Assembly (NCBI GenBank): GCA_040771865.1
Contig: JAXGZF010000010.1
Coordinates: forward strand, 1 to 64,000
Length of the DNA stretch: 64,000 bases
Direction of reading: 5' to 3'
Source: Desulfobacterales bacterium
GTDB lineage: Bacteria > Desulfobacterota > Desulfobacteria > Desulfobacterales > UBA2245
Shown: positions 8,978-19,813 of the stretch, piece by piece
Layout of the letters: each line of letters opens with the position of its first letter
Numbering within the stretch: position 1 is the first letter of the stretch
Notes under the pieces: generated by a model
The model's input: the letters and a program-made list of their open reading frames with translations, nothing else
Databases searched by the model: none
Told to the model about the DNA's origin: nothing
Position numbers and translations under genes: made by a program

Positions 8978-10972
8978 ATGCCTGATTTTAAAATAATTTC
9001 CGATTTTACGCCCAAAGGCGATCAGCCCGGCGCCATCGACGCCCTGAGCCGGGGGCTTATCTCCGGGAAAAATCACCAGGTGCTGCTCGGGGTGACCGGC
9101 TCCGGCAAGACCTTTGCCATGGCCCATGTGATCGCCCGGGTCCAGAGGCCGACGCTGGTCATCGCGCCCAACAAGACCCTGGCGGCCCAGCTCTACCATG
9201 AATTCAGGCAGTTTTTCCCTGAAAACGCGGTGGAGTATTTTGTCAGCTACTACGACTATTATCAGCCCGAAGCCTATATCCCGGCCAGCGATACCTATAT
9301 TCAGAAAGATTCCTCCATCAATGAGATGATCGACAAGCTCCGGCACTCGGCCACGCGATCCGTGCTTTCGCGCAAGGATGTCCTGGTGGTGGCCAGCGTA
9401 TCGTGCATCTTCGGCCTCGGCGCTCCGGAAGATTACCTGGCCATGCGTCTTGAGCTTAAAGCCGGCACGGAAAAACCAAGGGAACGCATTCTCAAGGATC
9501 TCGTCTCCATGCATTACGAGCGGAACGACTGGGATTTTCACCGGGGTACGTTCCGGGTACGGGGGGATCGGGTTGAAATCTTTCCGGCCTATGAGGAAGA
9601 TGCGGCTATTCGCATCGAATTTTTCGGAGACGAGATCGACGCCATCGCTGAAATCGACTCCCTGAAGGGAACTGTAAAACGGACCTTTTCCCAGACAACG
9701 GTGTATCCGGCCAGCCACTATGTCACGCAGAAAGCCACCCTGAAACGCGCATCCGAGTCCATTGTCGCGGAGCTCAAAGAGCGGATCCGCTTTTTCCGGG
9801 ATCAGGGAAAACTGATCGAAGCGCAGAGAATCGAGGAGCGCACCCATTTTGACCTGGAAATGATGATGGAGCTGGGATACTGCAACGGCATTGAAAATTA
9901 TTCCAGGCATCTGACCGGAAGGAAACGCGGCCAGCCGCCGCCGACCCTTCTGGATTATTTTCCGAAAGACTTTCTCCTCTTTATCGATGAAAGCCATATC
10001 GGCGTTCCCCAGATCCGGGCCATGTATCACGGGGATCGTTCCCGCAAACAGACTCTGGTTGAATACGGGTTCCGCCTGCCTTCGGCTCTGGACAACCGTC
10101 CTTTGACCTTTGAGGAATTCAACGGGCGGATTCGCCAGGCGGTATATGTTTCGGCAACGCCTTCGGAATACGAACTTGAGAAGGCGGACGGCGCCGTTTC
10201 AGAGCTGATCGTGCGGCCTACCGGACTTCTGGATCCCGTCATCGAGGTGCGCTCCGCGCAAAACCAGGTGGACGATCTGCTGGATGAAATCCTTTCCTGC
10301 GCCCGGAACCAGGACCGGGTGCTGATCACCACGCTGACCAAGCGGATGGCCGAGGATCTGACCGAATACTACAAGGAACTGGGCGTGAGGATCAGGTATC
10401 TGCACTCGGATATCAGCACCATGGAACGCATGGAGATCCTGCAGGATCTAAGAGCGGGCAAGTTCGACGTGCTGGTGGGAATCAACCTGCTTCGCGAAGG
10501 TCTGGATATTCCGGAAGTCTCTCTGGTGGCCATTCTGGACGCCGACAAGGAAGGCTTTTTGAGATCGGGGCGTTCCCTGATACAGACCTGCGGCAGGGCA
10601 TCCCGAAACGCGAGAGGCCGGGTGATCATGTATGCCGATACCCGCACCCGAGCCATGGAGCAGGCGATCGATGAAACCGTCCGAAGAAGAACCATTCAGC
10701 AGGCCTACAATGAGCAATACCACATCACGCCGACGACGATTCAGAAGGCGGTTTCATTCGTGTTCGCGGACCTTTACGAAACGCAGAAAACCGCGATTCG
10801 GGCCGTTGAAGAGCCGGTGGACTCCTTTGAGTCTCTCAACGATCTGGATGCGGCTATCGGACGCCTGGAGTCCGAGATGAAACAGGCGGCTAAAGACCTT
10901 GCCTTTGAACGGGCCGCCAGACTGAGGGACCGCATTCGGGAACTCAGAAAGCTGGGGGTTTTTGGAGGATAA
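8978..10972 (+). CDS. uvrB: Excinuclease ABC subunit B
   Basis: [18 protein letters not shown] beta-hairpin, DESH, C-terminal UVR domain. Confidence 0.98.
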   Translation: MPDFKIISDFTPKGDQPGAIDALSRGLISGKNHQVLLGVTGSGKTFAMAHVIARVQRPTLVIAPNKTLAAQLYHEFRQFFPENAVEYFVSYYDYYQPEAYIPASDTYIQKDSSINEMIDKLRHSATRSVLSRKDVLVVASVSCIFGLGAPEDYLAMRLELKAGTEKPRERILKDLVSMHYERNDWDFHRGTFRVRGDRVEIFPAYEEDAAIRIEFFGDEIDAIAEIDSLKGTVKRTFSQTTVYPASHYVTQKATLKRASESIVAELKERIRFFRDQGKLIEAQRIEERTHFDLEMMMELGYCNGIENYSRHLTGRKRGQPPPTLLDYFPKDFLLFIDESHIGVPQIRAMYHGDRSRKQTLVEYGFRLPSALDNRPLTFEEFNGRIRQAVYVSATPSEYELEKADGAVSELIVRPTGLLDPVIEVRSAQNQVDDLLDEILSCARNQDRVLITTLTKRMAEDLTEYYKELGVRIRYLHSDISTMERMEILQDLRAGKFDVLVGINLLREGLDIPEVSLVAILDADKEGFLRSGRSLIQTCGRASRNARGRVIMYADTRTRAMEQAIDETVRRRTIQQAYNEQYHITPTTIQKAVSFVFADLYETQKTAIRAVEEPVDSFESLNDLDAAIGRLESEMKQAAKDLAFERAARLRDRIRELRKLGVFGG

Positions 10973-10975
10973 CCA

Positions 10976-12802
10976 TTGAATGATGAGAATGTGACAGAAT
11001 CGCCGTTTGTGGAGAAACTGCAATCCGTCACCGTCGGGCCGGGGGTTTATCTGATGAAGGACGCGGACGGCGCCGTCATCTATGTGGGCAAGGCCAGGAA
11101 TCTCAAAAAACGCCTGGGATCCTATTTCAAGCCGACCCGGCTTCAGGATTCGAAAACCGCCGCGCTGGTAAAAAAAATCAGCAGTTTTGAAACTATTGTC
11201 ACCCATACCGAAAAAGAGGCCCTGATTCTTGAATCCAACCTGATCAAGCGATACCGGCCCCGCTACAATGTGATTCTGAAGGACGACAAACGGTATGCCT
11301 GCCTGAAGCTGGAAATCCGCAGTGAATATCCTTTTCTGAGCGTGGCCCGAAAGATCGAAAAAGACGGCGCCATGTATTTCGGACCATTTTCCTCCGGGCT
11401 TGCCGTCCGGCAGACGCTGAAGCTGATTGACAAGACGTTCAAGCTGCGAAAATGCAGGACCAAAGAGCTGAAAAAGCGGGCCCGCCCCTGCCTGCTGTAT
11501 CAGATGAATGCCTGCCTGGCGCCGTGCTGCCGGAATGTGAATTCCGATGAATACCAGGAAATCATCCATGAGGTTGTGCTGTTCCTGAAGGGAAGGACCC
11601 CGGAACTGATCGAAAAGGTTCGCAGCCGAATGACCGAAGCGGCCAAGGCCCAGGAATTTGAGAAGGCGGCCGCCTTGAGAGACAGGCTGTTTGCGCTTCA
11701 GGAAACGCTGGAAAAGCAGGTTTCGGTTACGACCGATTTTGCGGATCGGGATGTGCTGGCCGTCGCCGAAGCAGACGGGACGAGCCTGGTCACGCAGATG
11801 ATCGTTCGGAACGGATTTCTGCTGGGCGTGCGCCATTTCGCCTTTTCCGGAACCGTGGTCTCAGGCCGCGATCTGCTGGAAACCTTCATTCGGCAGCACT
11901 ATGAGGCCACGCCCTTTGTTCCCAAAGAGATCCTGATCGCCGAGCCGATCGAAACCGCCTTTGAGCTTTCGGAATTGCTCGGGGACATCAAGGGACAAAA
12001 GGTGCGCATCATTCGTCCGCAGCGGGGAGAAAAACTTCGGTTGACCGAAATGGCCCTGCAGAATGCGATCAACCATCTTCGGGAACTCGTCGACGCTCGA
12101 ACGGCAAACGCGGATATGCTCGATCGTCTTGCCAGGATTTTAAATATACGGTCGGCCAGCCGCATCGAATGCGTGGACAACTCCAACATCGGCGGAACCG
12201 GAATGGTGTCCGGCCTTGTGGTTTACGTAGACGCCATGCCCAAAAAATCAGACTACCGACGCTACCGGGTTCGAACGGCGGCCGGGCCGGATGATTATGC
12301 CGCCATGAGCGAGGTGCTGAGGCGCCGTTTTGGAAAAGAAGACGCCGCGTATCCCGACCTTCTCATGGTGGACGGCGGCAAGGGGCAACTCGGCATGGCG
12401 GTTGCCGTTGCCAGGGAACTGGGCATCGAGGGCCGGTTCCAGATCATCGGGATTGCCAAGAAGGACGAGGCCCGGGGAGAAACTCGGGACAAGATTTATC
12501 AGCCCGGCCGAAGCAATCCGGTCAACTTTCTAGGCCAGGAGGAGCTGCTTTTGTTCCTTCAGCGCATTCGCGACGAGGCGCACCGGTTTGCCGTCTCCTA
12601 TCATCGGAAGAGACGCGGCAAGGCGGCGCTGCAGTCGGTTCTGGATCATATTCCGGGAATCGGAATACAGCGCAAAAAGACCCTGCTTCAGCATTTCGGC
12701 AGCATAAAAAAAATCCGGGCAGCGTCGGTTGATGAACTCAGCGCGCTGCCCGGAATGAATCGAAAGTCCGCTGAAGCCGTGCATCAGGCACTGGCTTCAT
12801 GA
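10976..12802 (+). CDS. uvrC: Excinuclease ABC subunit C
   Basis: GIY-YIG (GVY..IYVGKA), VDGGKGQ, RDEAHRFA, C-terminal HhH; TTG start after GGAGG. Confidence 0.97.
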   Translation: MNDENVTESPFVEKLQSVTVGPGVYLMKDADGAVIYVGKARNLKKRLGSYFKPTRLQDSKTAALVKKISSFETIVTHTEKEALILESNLIKRYRPRYNVILKDDKRYACLKLEIRSEYPFLSVARKIEKDGAMYFGPFSSGLAVRQTLKLIDKTFKLRKCRTKELKKRARPCLLYQMNACLAPCCRNVNSDEYQEIIHEVVLFLKGRTPELIEKVRSRMTEAAKAQEFEKAAALRDRLFALQETLEKQVSVTTDFADRDVLAVAEADGTSLVTQMIVRNGFLLGVRHFAFSGTVVSGRDLLETFIRQHYEATPFVPKEILIAEPIETAFELSELLGDIKGQKVRIIRPQRGEKLRLTEMALQNAINHLRELVDARTANADMLDRLARILNIRSASRIECVDNSNIGGTGMVSGLVVYVDAMPKKSDYRRYRVRTAAGPDDYAAMSEVLRRRFGKEDAAYPDLLMVDGGKGQLGMAVAVARELGIEGRFQIIGIAKKDEARGETRDKIYQPGRSNPVNFLGQEELLLFLQRIRDEAHRFAVSYHRKRRGKAALQSVLDHIPGIGIQRKKTLLQHFGSIKKIRAASVDELSALPGMNRKSAEAVHQALAS

Positions 12803-12808
12803 CTCATT

Positions 12809-13744
12809 TTACTGCAGTTTTTTCATGGCGTCGACAAGACCCTGAACTGCGGCGGCGGATTTTTTCAGAGCCGCATCTTCTTCAGCAGTCATTTTGATTT
12901 CGACGACTTTTTCAACGCCGTTTTTGCCCAGAACGACGGGAACACCGACAAACAGGCCGTTGATGCCGTATTCGCCTTCCAGCAGGACGGCGCAGGGCAG
13001 AACCATGCGTTTGTCTTTAAGGATGGATTCAGCCATCTGAGCCGCGCCGGAGGCCGGTCCAAAGAAAGCGCTTCCGGTCTTGAGCAGCTTGACGACTTCG
13101 GCGCCGCCGTTGGCGGTTCTGTCGCACAGGGCATCGATTCTTTCCTTGGACATCAGTTCAGTGATCGGAATGCCGGCGACCGTGGAGAAGCGGGGCAGGG
13201 GAACCATGGTGTCTCCATGTCCGCCGAGCACGAAGGCGTGGGTGCTTTCCACCGACACATTAAGCTCTTCGGCGATGAAGTAACGGAACCGGGCGGAGTC
13301 AAGAACGCCGGCCATGCCGATGACGCGGTTCTTCGGGAATCCGGAGGTATCGTAGGCCACATGGCACATCGCATCCAGCGGATTGGCGACCACGATGATG
13401 ATGGCGTTGGGAGAGTATTTGATCGCCTTGGAGACGACGTCCCTCATGATCTTGGAGTTGATGCCCAGCAGGTCGTCGCGGCTCATGCCCGGTTTTCTTG
13501 GAACGCCGGAGGTGATGATGATGATATCGGAATTGGCGGAAGCTTCGTATCCTTTGGATGAACCGGTGATTCGGGAATCATGCTTTTCGACCGGTGCGGC
13601 TTCGGCAAGGTCGAGGCCTTTGCCTTCAGGAAGCCCGTCAATAATATCGATCAAACAAACATCGCACAGCTCTTTTTCAGCCAGCCGTTGTGCACAGGTA
13701 GCGCCGACATTGCCAGCTCCGACTACGGTTACTTTCTTGTCCAT
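12809..13744 (-). CDS. mdh: Malate dehydrogenase (LDH-like)
   Basis: [29 protein letters not shown]. Confidence 0.97.
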   Translation of the reverse strand: MDKKVTVVGAGNVGATCAQRLAEKELCDVCLIDIIDGLPEGKGLDLAEAAPVEKHDSRITGSSKGYEASANSDIIIITSGVPRKPGMSRDDLLGINSKIMRDVVSKAIKYSPNAIIIVVANPLDAMCHVAYDTSGFPKNRVIGMAGVLDSARFRYFIAEELNVSVESTHAFVLGGHGDTMVPLPRFSTVAGIPITELMSKERIDALCDRTANGGAEVVKLLKTGSAFFGPASGAAQMAESILKDKRMVLPCAVLLEGEYGINGLFVGVPVVLGKNGVEKVVEIKMTAEEDAALKKSAAAVQGLVDAMKKLQ

Positions 13745-13904
13745 AGAAATCTCCTTCTTGTGTAATTGCGGTTAAAATAAAGCAGTTTAAAATTGGCCAC
13801 TGCAAATAAATACACGCCGATGGGTTGATAAGAGTAAATTCCCGCACCACAAAAACCATCCGTTTGAGAACCCCGCTACATGAAGACCTCAGACGAAAGG
13901 CTTT

Positions 13905-13932
13905 AGAATACCATATATTCTTATTGTGTCAA
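13905..13932 (-). promoter_or_regulatory. Putative sigma70 promoter for mdh
   Basis: Minus strand TTGACA-16 nt-TATTCT with an extended -10 TG. Confidence 0.5.
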
Positions 13933-14173
13933 TACCATAAATAGTAAGGGCGTTTCATTTTTTTATATGGCCTGCTCAACCGGACCGGCGGCGGAAAAAT
14001 TTTCAGTCGAATACGCCATGGATGCCTCGGGAACCTGCGCCGCGTTCCTGCCCCGGCATGGTTGAATAATCTCATGTTGCGATAAGTTAAAAGATAAGGT
14101 ATAAAGTTAAGGCTTCAAAACATGACGTTTTTTGAATGCGTCATTATTATATGTATTTGCATTCTCAGGAATA

Positions 14174-14202
14174 TTGACATAGATTTCAATAAAGGATATG
14201 TT
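14174..14202 (+). promoter_or_regulatory. Putative sigma70 promoter for the mglA operon
   Basis: TTGACA-17 nt-TATGTT. Confidence 0.55.
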
Positions 14203-14349
14203 GCTGAGACTTTTGTTTTTGGTTCTTTCCGTTGAACAGGGTGATTGAGATATTTCTTCTTTTAAGTCAACGGCATAAAAAATAAAGTTGCATGTCCGTT
14301 TCTGGTAAGGCTGATCCTCGGTTCAAACGGGGTTTAGCGGAGTTTTCGC

Positions 14350-15312
14350 ATGGATGTTAAAGAACAGATCAAAATTCTACTCCGGGAAGCCGAAGTTTAT
14401 CAGCGACAAGGACTGCTGGGTGAGGCGAAAATGAAGTACGGCAAAGCGGTTTCCCTCATCCGCGGCATCGAACGTGTGAAAAACAAGGAGCAACTGATAG
14501 AGGGCATACAGGCCAAGATTGAAGCGATTGAACAATCGGTTCAGAAAATTGTCAAGGCCGAAATGCATCCCAAAATATCCGCACGGATTCAAGACCTGAT
14601 TCAGGAGAAGTTTGCATTTTCCGGAGACAAGGATGAGGCCGCCCTGGAAGGCGCCATTGCGCTGGCCAAATTCGGTCAGTATGAGAGAGCGCTGAAAGAG
14701 TTCGACAGTCTGATCGACAAAGACGCCGTAAGGCTCGAGGCGGCAAAAAACATGATCCGTTGCCATCTGGCCATGGCAACGCCGGATAATGCCGATGCCG
14801 CCGTTGAACAGTACAAAAATTGGCTGGACGCCGGCATTTTGTCGGTTGAGGAGTTGCATAAGATCCGTGCTTTTCTGGATACGCATCTGCACCAGAAAGG
14901 CATTTCTGAATTTTTGCCCATACCGGGCGCGGAGGAAACCGCCGCCGGATTCGAGGTCGGCATGCCCGTTTCGGAAACTTCCGATGAGTCCGAATCAGGC
15001 CTGGAAGCTGCCGAAGAGGATATGGTGGATATCAACGCCGTCTCCTTCGCGCTGGATCATGGCCCTTTAAAAGGGAAGAGATTCGAGCTGGAGGTAAGCT
15101 TTCAATCCGGCAACACCCTGAGTTTCATTATCCCCGGTCAGGAGACTTCGCTGCTGAACAATTTGACTGTCGGCCAAAAGATCGGCGATGTCCAGTTTTT
15201 CTCATCGATAGCCATTTTTGAGGCCAGCGCTCTGGTAACGGCCAGAACTGAAATTAAATCCGGCCCCAAGCAGGGCTCTTTCAGCCTAGATCTGAAGATA
15301 ATGAACGCGTAG
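14350..15312 (+). CDS. Hypothetical protein: TPR-like helical N-terminus, acidic linker, beta-rich C-terminal domain
   Basis: LLREAEVYQRQGLLGEAKMKY and AIALAKFGQYERALKEF are TPR-like; Glu/Ser-rich linker. Confidence 0.65.
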   Translation: MDVKEQIKILLREAEVYQRQGLLGEAKMKYGKAVSLIRGIERVKNKEQLIEGIQAKIEAIEQSVQKIVKAEMHPKISARIQDLIQEKFAFSGDKDEAALEGAIALAKFGQYERALKEFDSLIDKDAVRLEAAKNMIRCHLAMATPDNADAAVEQYKNWLDAGILSVEELHKIRAFLDTHLHQKGISEFLPIPGAEETAAGFEVGMPVSETSDESESGLEAAEEDMVDINAVSFALDHGPLKGKRFELEVSFQSGNTLSFIIPGQETSLLNNLTVGQKIGDVQFFSSIAIFEASALVTARTEIKSGPKQGSFSLDLKIMNA

Positions 15313-15377
15313 TTTTGATTCGACCGAACAATGCAATATTAATCAGGTAGAAAGATCTGCAATCGGAGCTGCTCGGC

Positions 15378-15992
15378 ATGGCAATATTTAATATTCAAAA
15401 ACGGGAAATTGAATGCAAGATCGTTTATTATGGTCCGGGCAGATGCGGGAAAACCACGAATCTCGAATATATTTTCAAGTCTTTTAAAAAGCAGATCTCC
15501 GGCGACATGGTTTCCATCGACACAGAAGGAGACCGAACGCTTTTTTTTGATTTTTTACCCATGGGATTGGGCCAGATCAAAGGTTGCGATGTTCGAGTGC
15601 AGCTTTACACGGTTCCGGGGCAGGTTAAATACAGTTCCACACGAAAACTGGTTTTAAGGGGTGTGGACGGAGTTGTTTTCGTGGCGGACTCTCTTGAGGT
15701 CAGACGCAAGAAAAACATGATTGCATTGAAGGATCTGGAGCAGAATCTCAAAGAATACAATATGAGCATATTTAAGATTCCACTTGTGTTGCAGTATAAT
15801 AAGCGAGATTTGGCGGAACAGGGCCTTCCGGTCATGTCGATCGAAATGCTGGAAAACGATCTGAACCGTCAGTTAAAGGCGCCGGCTTTTCCAGCCGTTG
15901 CTTTTACCGGCGAAGGCGTGGGAAAGAGTCTGAAGGAATGTTTGAAATTAACTCTGAAACACCTGCAGAAAAACCTGCAATGGGGGCAGTAG
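15378..15992 (+). CDS. mglA: MglA-family small Ras-like GTPase
   Basis: KIVYYGPGRCGKTTNL, DRTLFFDFLP, LYTVPGQV, LQYNKRDL. Confidence 0.92.
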   Translation: MAIFNIQKREIECKIVYYGPGRCGKTTNLEYIFKSFKKQISGDMVSIDTEGDRTLFFDFLPMGLGQIKGCDVRVQLYTVPGQVKYSSTRKLVLRGVDGVVFVADSLEVRRKKNMIALKDLEQNLKEYNMSIFKIPLVLQYNKRDLAEQGLPVMSIEMLENDLNRQLKAPAFPAVAFTGEGVGKSLKECLKLTLKHLQKNLQWGQ

Positions 15993-16001
15993 AAATCAGC
16001 C

Positions 16002-17183
16002 ATGGAATATAATCAAGCTTTTTCAGGCCATCTGAATTTTCTCAGCCTGGCGGATGTACTGCAGATTCTGGGAACCAGCGGATGTTCAGGTCTGCTTCAG
16101 CTTCACAGCAAATTTGCCGAGGGGCCTGGGGCTGTCTATATTTCCAAAGGCAATCCAATCCATGCCTCTGCCGGAAAATTAGAGGGATTGGAGGCTCTGT
16201 ACGCCCTGTTCGGATGGAAGGATGGGAAATTTGAATTTTTCAGAAAGGCCGTCCATCAGGGGAAAACGATTCGAAAAAACCGCATGGAAATTATCCTGGA
16301 CGGCCTTCGACTTCTGGATGACGGGCAAATTCCCGTTTTGGGGCCATCCGAAAACTTCCTGCCGCATGGAGCGGAAAAAGACGTCTCAGGCATTCCTTTA
16401 ATTAGAGGCCCCTTGGTTGACTATATGTTCGTGGTTGATGAAGAATACTTTGAAGACGAAAACGTGGTCGTCGAGGGCCGATATGGAAGCTGGATATGGG
16501 TGATCCTTGAAGGTGTCGCCGAGATTGTCAAGGAGACGCCTGCCGGCCCGATTCCCGTACTGAGACTTGGAGAAGGCGCTTTCATCGGAAATTTGTCCTC
16601 TTTTTTGCTGCATCAGCATTTTGAAAGAACTTATTCGGCCAGAGCCGCTGGCAAACTGCAGCTCGGCGTGCTCGATTCACAAAGGTTGTCCAAGGAATTT
16701 GCCCGGATCCCGTCAGCTTTCAGAGGATTCCTTTTAAGTCTGAACAATCGTTTTATCCAGTTATACGACCGCGTGGTTGAACTGGCCTTAAACAAACCCG
16801 GTGATTTCCCGCTTTGCCCGAACCAGATCATCAAACAAGGCAAGAGCGATGAAAAACTTTACCACATCACCGAGGGGCACGTCCTGGTGAGCCGATCGAT
16901 TGATCAGAAAAAAAATCTGCCGCTGGTACGCCTTGAAACAAACGACTATTTCGGCGATGTTCCTTTTCTGGATATGGGATTGGAACCCTACGGAGCATCG
17001 GTTTTTGCGTCGGAAGATTTTCAGGTCACGCCCGTGGATATCGAACTTTTTGACTTGGAATTCAATCGCTTGTCCACCACGTTCCGGAATATGCTTGAGG
17101 TGACCGCCTCGTCCATATCCATTACAGCCAAGGTGGCTTGCGATATTTTTAACCGAAAACAAGGCAAGACGAGCATCAAATGA
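16002..17183 (+). CDS. DUF4388 (PATAN-like) protein with two cNMP-binding-like domains
   Basis: FSGHLNFLSLADVLQIL...GKFEF N-terminus; LGEGAFIG..ERTYSARA; second degenerate domain with DYFGD. Confidence 0.8.
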   Translation: MEYNQAFSGHLNFLSLADVLQILGTSGCSGLLQLHSKFAEGPGAVYISKGNPIHASAGKLEGLEALYALFGWKDGKFEFFRKAVHQGKTIRKNRMEIILDGLRLLDDGQIPVLGPSENFLPHGAEKDVSGIPLIRGPLVDYMFVVDEEYFEDENVVVEGRYGSWIWVILEGVAEIVKETPAGPIPVLRLGEGAFIGNLSSFLLHQHFERTYSARAAGKLQLGVLDSQRLSKEFARIPSAFRGFLLSLNNRFIQLYDRVVELALNKPGDFPLCPNQIIKQGKSDEKLYHITEGHVLVSRSIDQKKNLPLVRLETNDYFGDVPFLDMGLEPYGASVFASEDFQVTPVDIELFDLEFNRLSTTFRNMLEVTASSISITAKVACDIFNRKQGKTSIK

Positions 17184-18034
17184 CGGATACGCGAACGGAA
17201 ATCATTCAGAATGGGTTGCGGTTGCTGGATAACGGAAAAATTCCCGTAATCAAAGGCCCGCCAATTGACTATATGTATGTGGTTGATGAGGAATCCTACA
17301 AAGATGAGAATGTGATCTTCGAGGGCCGGTATGGAAACTGGATATGGATGATTCTTCATGGCATTGTTGAGATTATCAAGGAGACGCCCGCTGGTCCGAT
17401 TTCCATTCTGAGACTTGGAGAAGGCGCTTTCATCGGCAATCTGGCTGCATTTTTACCGCAACAGCAGGTGGAAAGAACTGCTTCGGTCAGGGCCATCGGT
17501 AAATTGCAGCTGGCCGTGCTGGATTCACAACGACTGGCCAAGGAATTCGCTCAAAGCTCTCCGGATTTTCGAGGGCTTATTTTAAGTCTGAACCATCGTT
17601 TAATCCAGGCGACGAACCGCGTGGTTGAGCTTGCCTTAAACAAACCCGGCGATTTCCCGCTTTGCCCGAAACAAATCATCAAGCAGGCTGAGAGCGTCGT
17701 TGAACCGCTTTTTCGCATCACAGCAGGACGCGCTCTGGTGAGCCGATCCATTGACCAGAAAAACAATCTGCCGCTGGTGTGCCTTGAAAAAGACGACTAT
17801 TTCGGCAATGTTTCTTTTTTGAATACAGGGTTGGAGCCTTGCGGAGCATCTGTTTTTGCTTCGGAAGATTTTCAGGCCGCACCCGTGGACACCCAGCTTA
17901 TTGAACAGGAATTTGCGCGTTTGTCCACCACTTTTCAAAATATGCTCAAGGTGACGGCCTCGTCAATATCCATCACAAGCCAGGTGGCTTATGACTTTTT
18001 TAACCGAATTCAAGGCAAGACGAAAATCAAATGA
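17180..18034 (+). CDS. Tandem cNMP-binding domain protein; paralog of 16002-17183 lacking DUF4388
   Basis: Colinear high similarity to the C-terminal ~290 aa of the upstream gene; ATGA overlap. Confidence 0.8.
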   Translation: MTDTRTEIIQNGLRLLDNGKIPVIKGPPIDYMYVVDEESYKDENVIFEGRYGNWIWMILHGIVEIIKETPAGPISILRLGEGAFIGNLAAFLPQQQVERTASVRAIGKLQLAVLDSQRLAKEFAQSSPDFRGLILSLNHRLIQATNRVVELALNKPGDFPLCPKQIIKQAESVVEPLFRITAGRALVSRSIDQKNNLPLVCLEKDDYFGNVSFLNTGLEPCGASVFASEDFQAAPVDTQLIEQEFARLSTTFQNMLKVTASSISITSQVAYDFFNRIQGKTKIK

Positions 18035-18399
18035 CGGACAGACGAAAAGACCCAAGACTGGATTCACTGTTGCTCATTTATCTGGAAACCTATGACGGCG
18101 AAGCGGTTGCAGGCCAGGGCATGGGCCGAACCATCGATATTTCGCGTTCCGGCGTTCGCCTTGAAACAAGATTTCCCATCGATGCCGCCGAAAAGAGGCC
18201 GATATTGGTGGCCATTGGCGTGAAAAACAAGGTGGTTGAAATCAGGTCCCAAATAGTCCGCTCCTCAAGTCCTGAACCCGGCGTGTTCCATTATGGCATC
18301 CAGTTTATGGAACAGGATCCGAAGAAGCAGAAAATTCTAGATGCCTACATCCAGGCATTCCAGAATCACAAGAACGGAGGAGCGCCGGAATTCAAATGA
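18031..18399 (+). CDS. PilZ domain protein
   Basis: RRKDPR (RxxxR) and DISRSG (DxSxxG) c-di-GMP motifs; YGIQF. Confidence 0.88.
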   Translation: MTDRRKDPRLDSLLLIYLETYDGEAVAGQGMGRTIDISRSGVRLETRFPIDAAEKRPILVAIGVKNKVVEIRSQIVRSSSPEPGVFHYGIQFMEQDPKKQKILDAYIQAFQNHKNGGAPEFK

Positions 18400-18878
18400 A
18401 AATCGGCGTGATCTCGGATACCCATCTCTCTGCGCCGGACACGACCATCCAGCGGGTTAACGCGGAGATCTTTGAGGGCATTTCTCTGATCTTACATGCC
18501 GGTGATATTACTCATCTGAACGTCCTGGAAGCTTTTACGGGCAAGCAGGTCATCGGAGTCTGCGGCAATATGGATCATGCAGAGGTTGCGCATGCTCTGC
18601 CAAAAAAGCGCATCATCAGCATTGAGGGATATCGCATCGGCCTGATTCATGGATGGGGATCTCCGACAGGCATAGAAGATCGCATACAGGACCAGTTCGA
18701 TTCGGTCCACGCGATTGTATACGGGCACACCCACAAACCGGCAAATCACATCAAAAACGGCATACTCATGTTTAATCCCGGTGCTTTTTCCGGCTCCTTT
18801 CCCATGAGGCGCAATCCGTCTGCAGGAATTCTGACCATCGACGATCAGGGGATTCACGGCGCAATCGTGCCATTATAG
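18396..18878 (+). CDS. YfcE/MJ0936-family metallophosphoesterase
   Basis: ISDTH, HAGD, GNMD, GHTH, NPG. Confidence 0.9.
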   Translation: MKIGVISDTHLSAPDTTIQRVNAEIFEGISLILHAGDITHLNVLEAFTGKQVIGVCGNMDHAEVAHALPKKRIISIEGYRIGLIHGWGSPTGIEDRIQDQFDSVHAIVYGHTHKPANHIKNGILMFNPGAFSGSFPMRRNPSAGILTIDDQGIHGAIVPL

Positions 18879-18919
18879 CCAGCGCTTGCTAACTGATGCA
18901 TATAAAGGAATTCGAAGAG

Positions 18920-19813
18920 ATGAAACAGGCGGTATTTGAAACCAATTTTCCTGGTCTGCGGCTTGTCAGACGCGGAAAGGTGCGCGACATGTATGATCTG
19001 GGCGACGCCCTGTTGATGGTCGCTACGGACCGCATATCGGCCTTTGACGTTGTCATGCAGGATCCGGTACCCGACAAGGGGAAGATTCTGACCCGGATTT
19101 CACGGTTCTGGTTTGGCGTTATGGAACCGCTGGTACCCAATCATATTCTTGAAACGGACGTTCAAAAATATCCGGCTGCATGCCGGCCCTACCAGGATAT
19201 TCTCGAAGGCCGGAGCATGCTGGTCAAAAAAGCGACCCCGCTTCCTGTCGAGTGCGTGGTGCGGGGATATCTCTCCGGCTCAGGTTGGCAATCCTATCTT
19301 GCATCCGGAAAGGTATGCGGCATCACCCTTCCAAAAGGCTTGAGCGAGTCTGAGAAGCTGCCTGATCCGATTTTTACTCCCTCCACCAAAGAGGATGCCG
19401 GACACGATATCAACATTGATTTTGCGGAAATGCAGAATCGCATCGGTTCCAGGCTGGCCGAGAAAATCAGGGCGCTGAGCATTGCGATTTATCAAAAAGG
19501 TGCGGAACTGGCGGGACGGAAGGGAATTATCATTGCCGACACCAAGTTTGAATTCGGACTGTTCAATGATGAGGTGATTCTGATCGATGAGGTTTTAACG
19601 CCGGACTCCTCCCGGTTCTGGCCAAAGGCGTCTTACCAGCCCGGTCGAGGCCAGGAAAGTTTTGACAAGCAATACCTTCGCGACTATCTGAATTCGATTC
19701 GCTGGAATAAAAATCCTCCTGCTCCGGCGCTTCCGTCCGAGGTTATCCATAATACCAGAGAAAAATATCTTGAAGCCTTGAAACGTCTTACCGGTATTCA
19801 TGATGGATTTTAA
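18920..19813 (+). CDS. purC: SAICAR synthetase
   Basis: [35 protein letters not shown]. Confidence 0.97.
   Translation: MKQAVFETNFPGLRLVRRGKVRDMYDLGDALLMVATDRISAFDVVMQDPVPDKGKILTRISRFWFGVMEPLVPNHILETDVQKYPAACRPYQDILEGRSMLVKKATPLPVECVVRGYLSGSGWQSYLASGKVCGITLPKGLSESEKLPDPIFTPSTKEDAGHDINIDFAEMQNRIGSRLAEKIRALSIAIYQKGAELAGRKGIIIADTKFEFGLFNDEVILIDEVLTPDSSRFWPKASYQPGRGQESFDKQYLRDYLNSIRWNKNPPAPALPSEVIHNTREKYLEALKRLTGIHDGF

Noticed and set aside
7410..11836. Long minus-strand ORFs (521, 357 and 360 aa)
   Set aside because: Antisense shadows of cysS, uvrB and uvrC, typical of GC-rich codon bias
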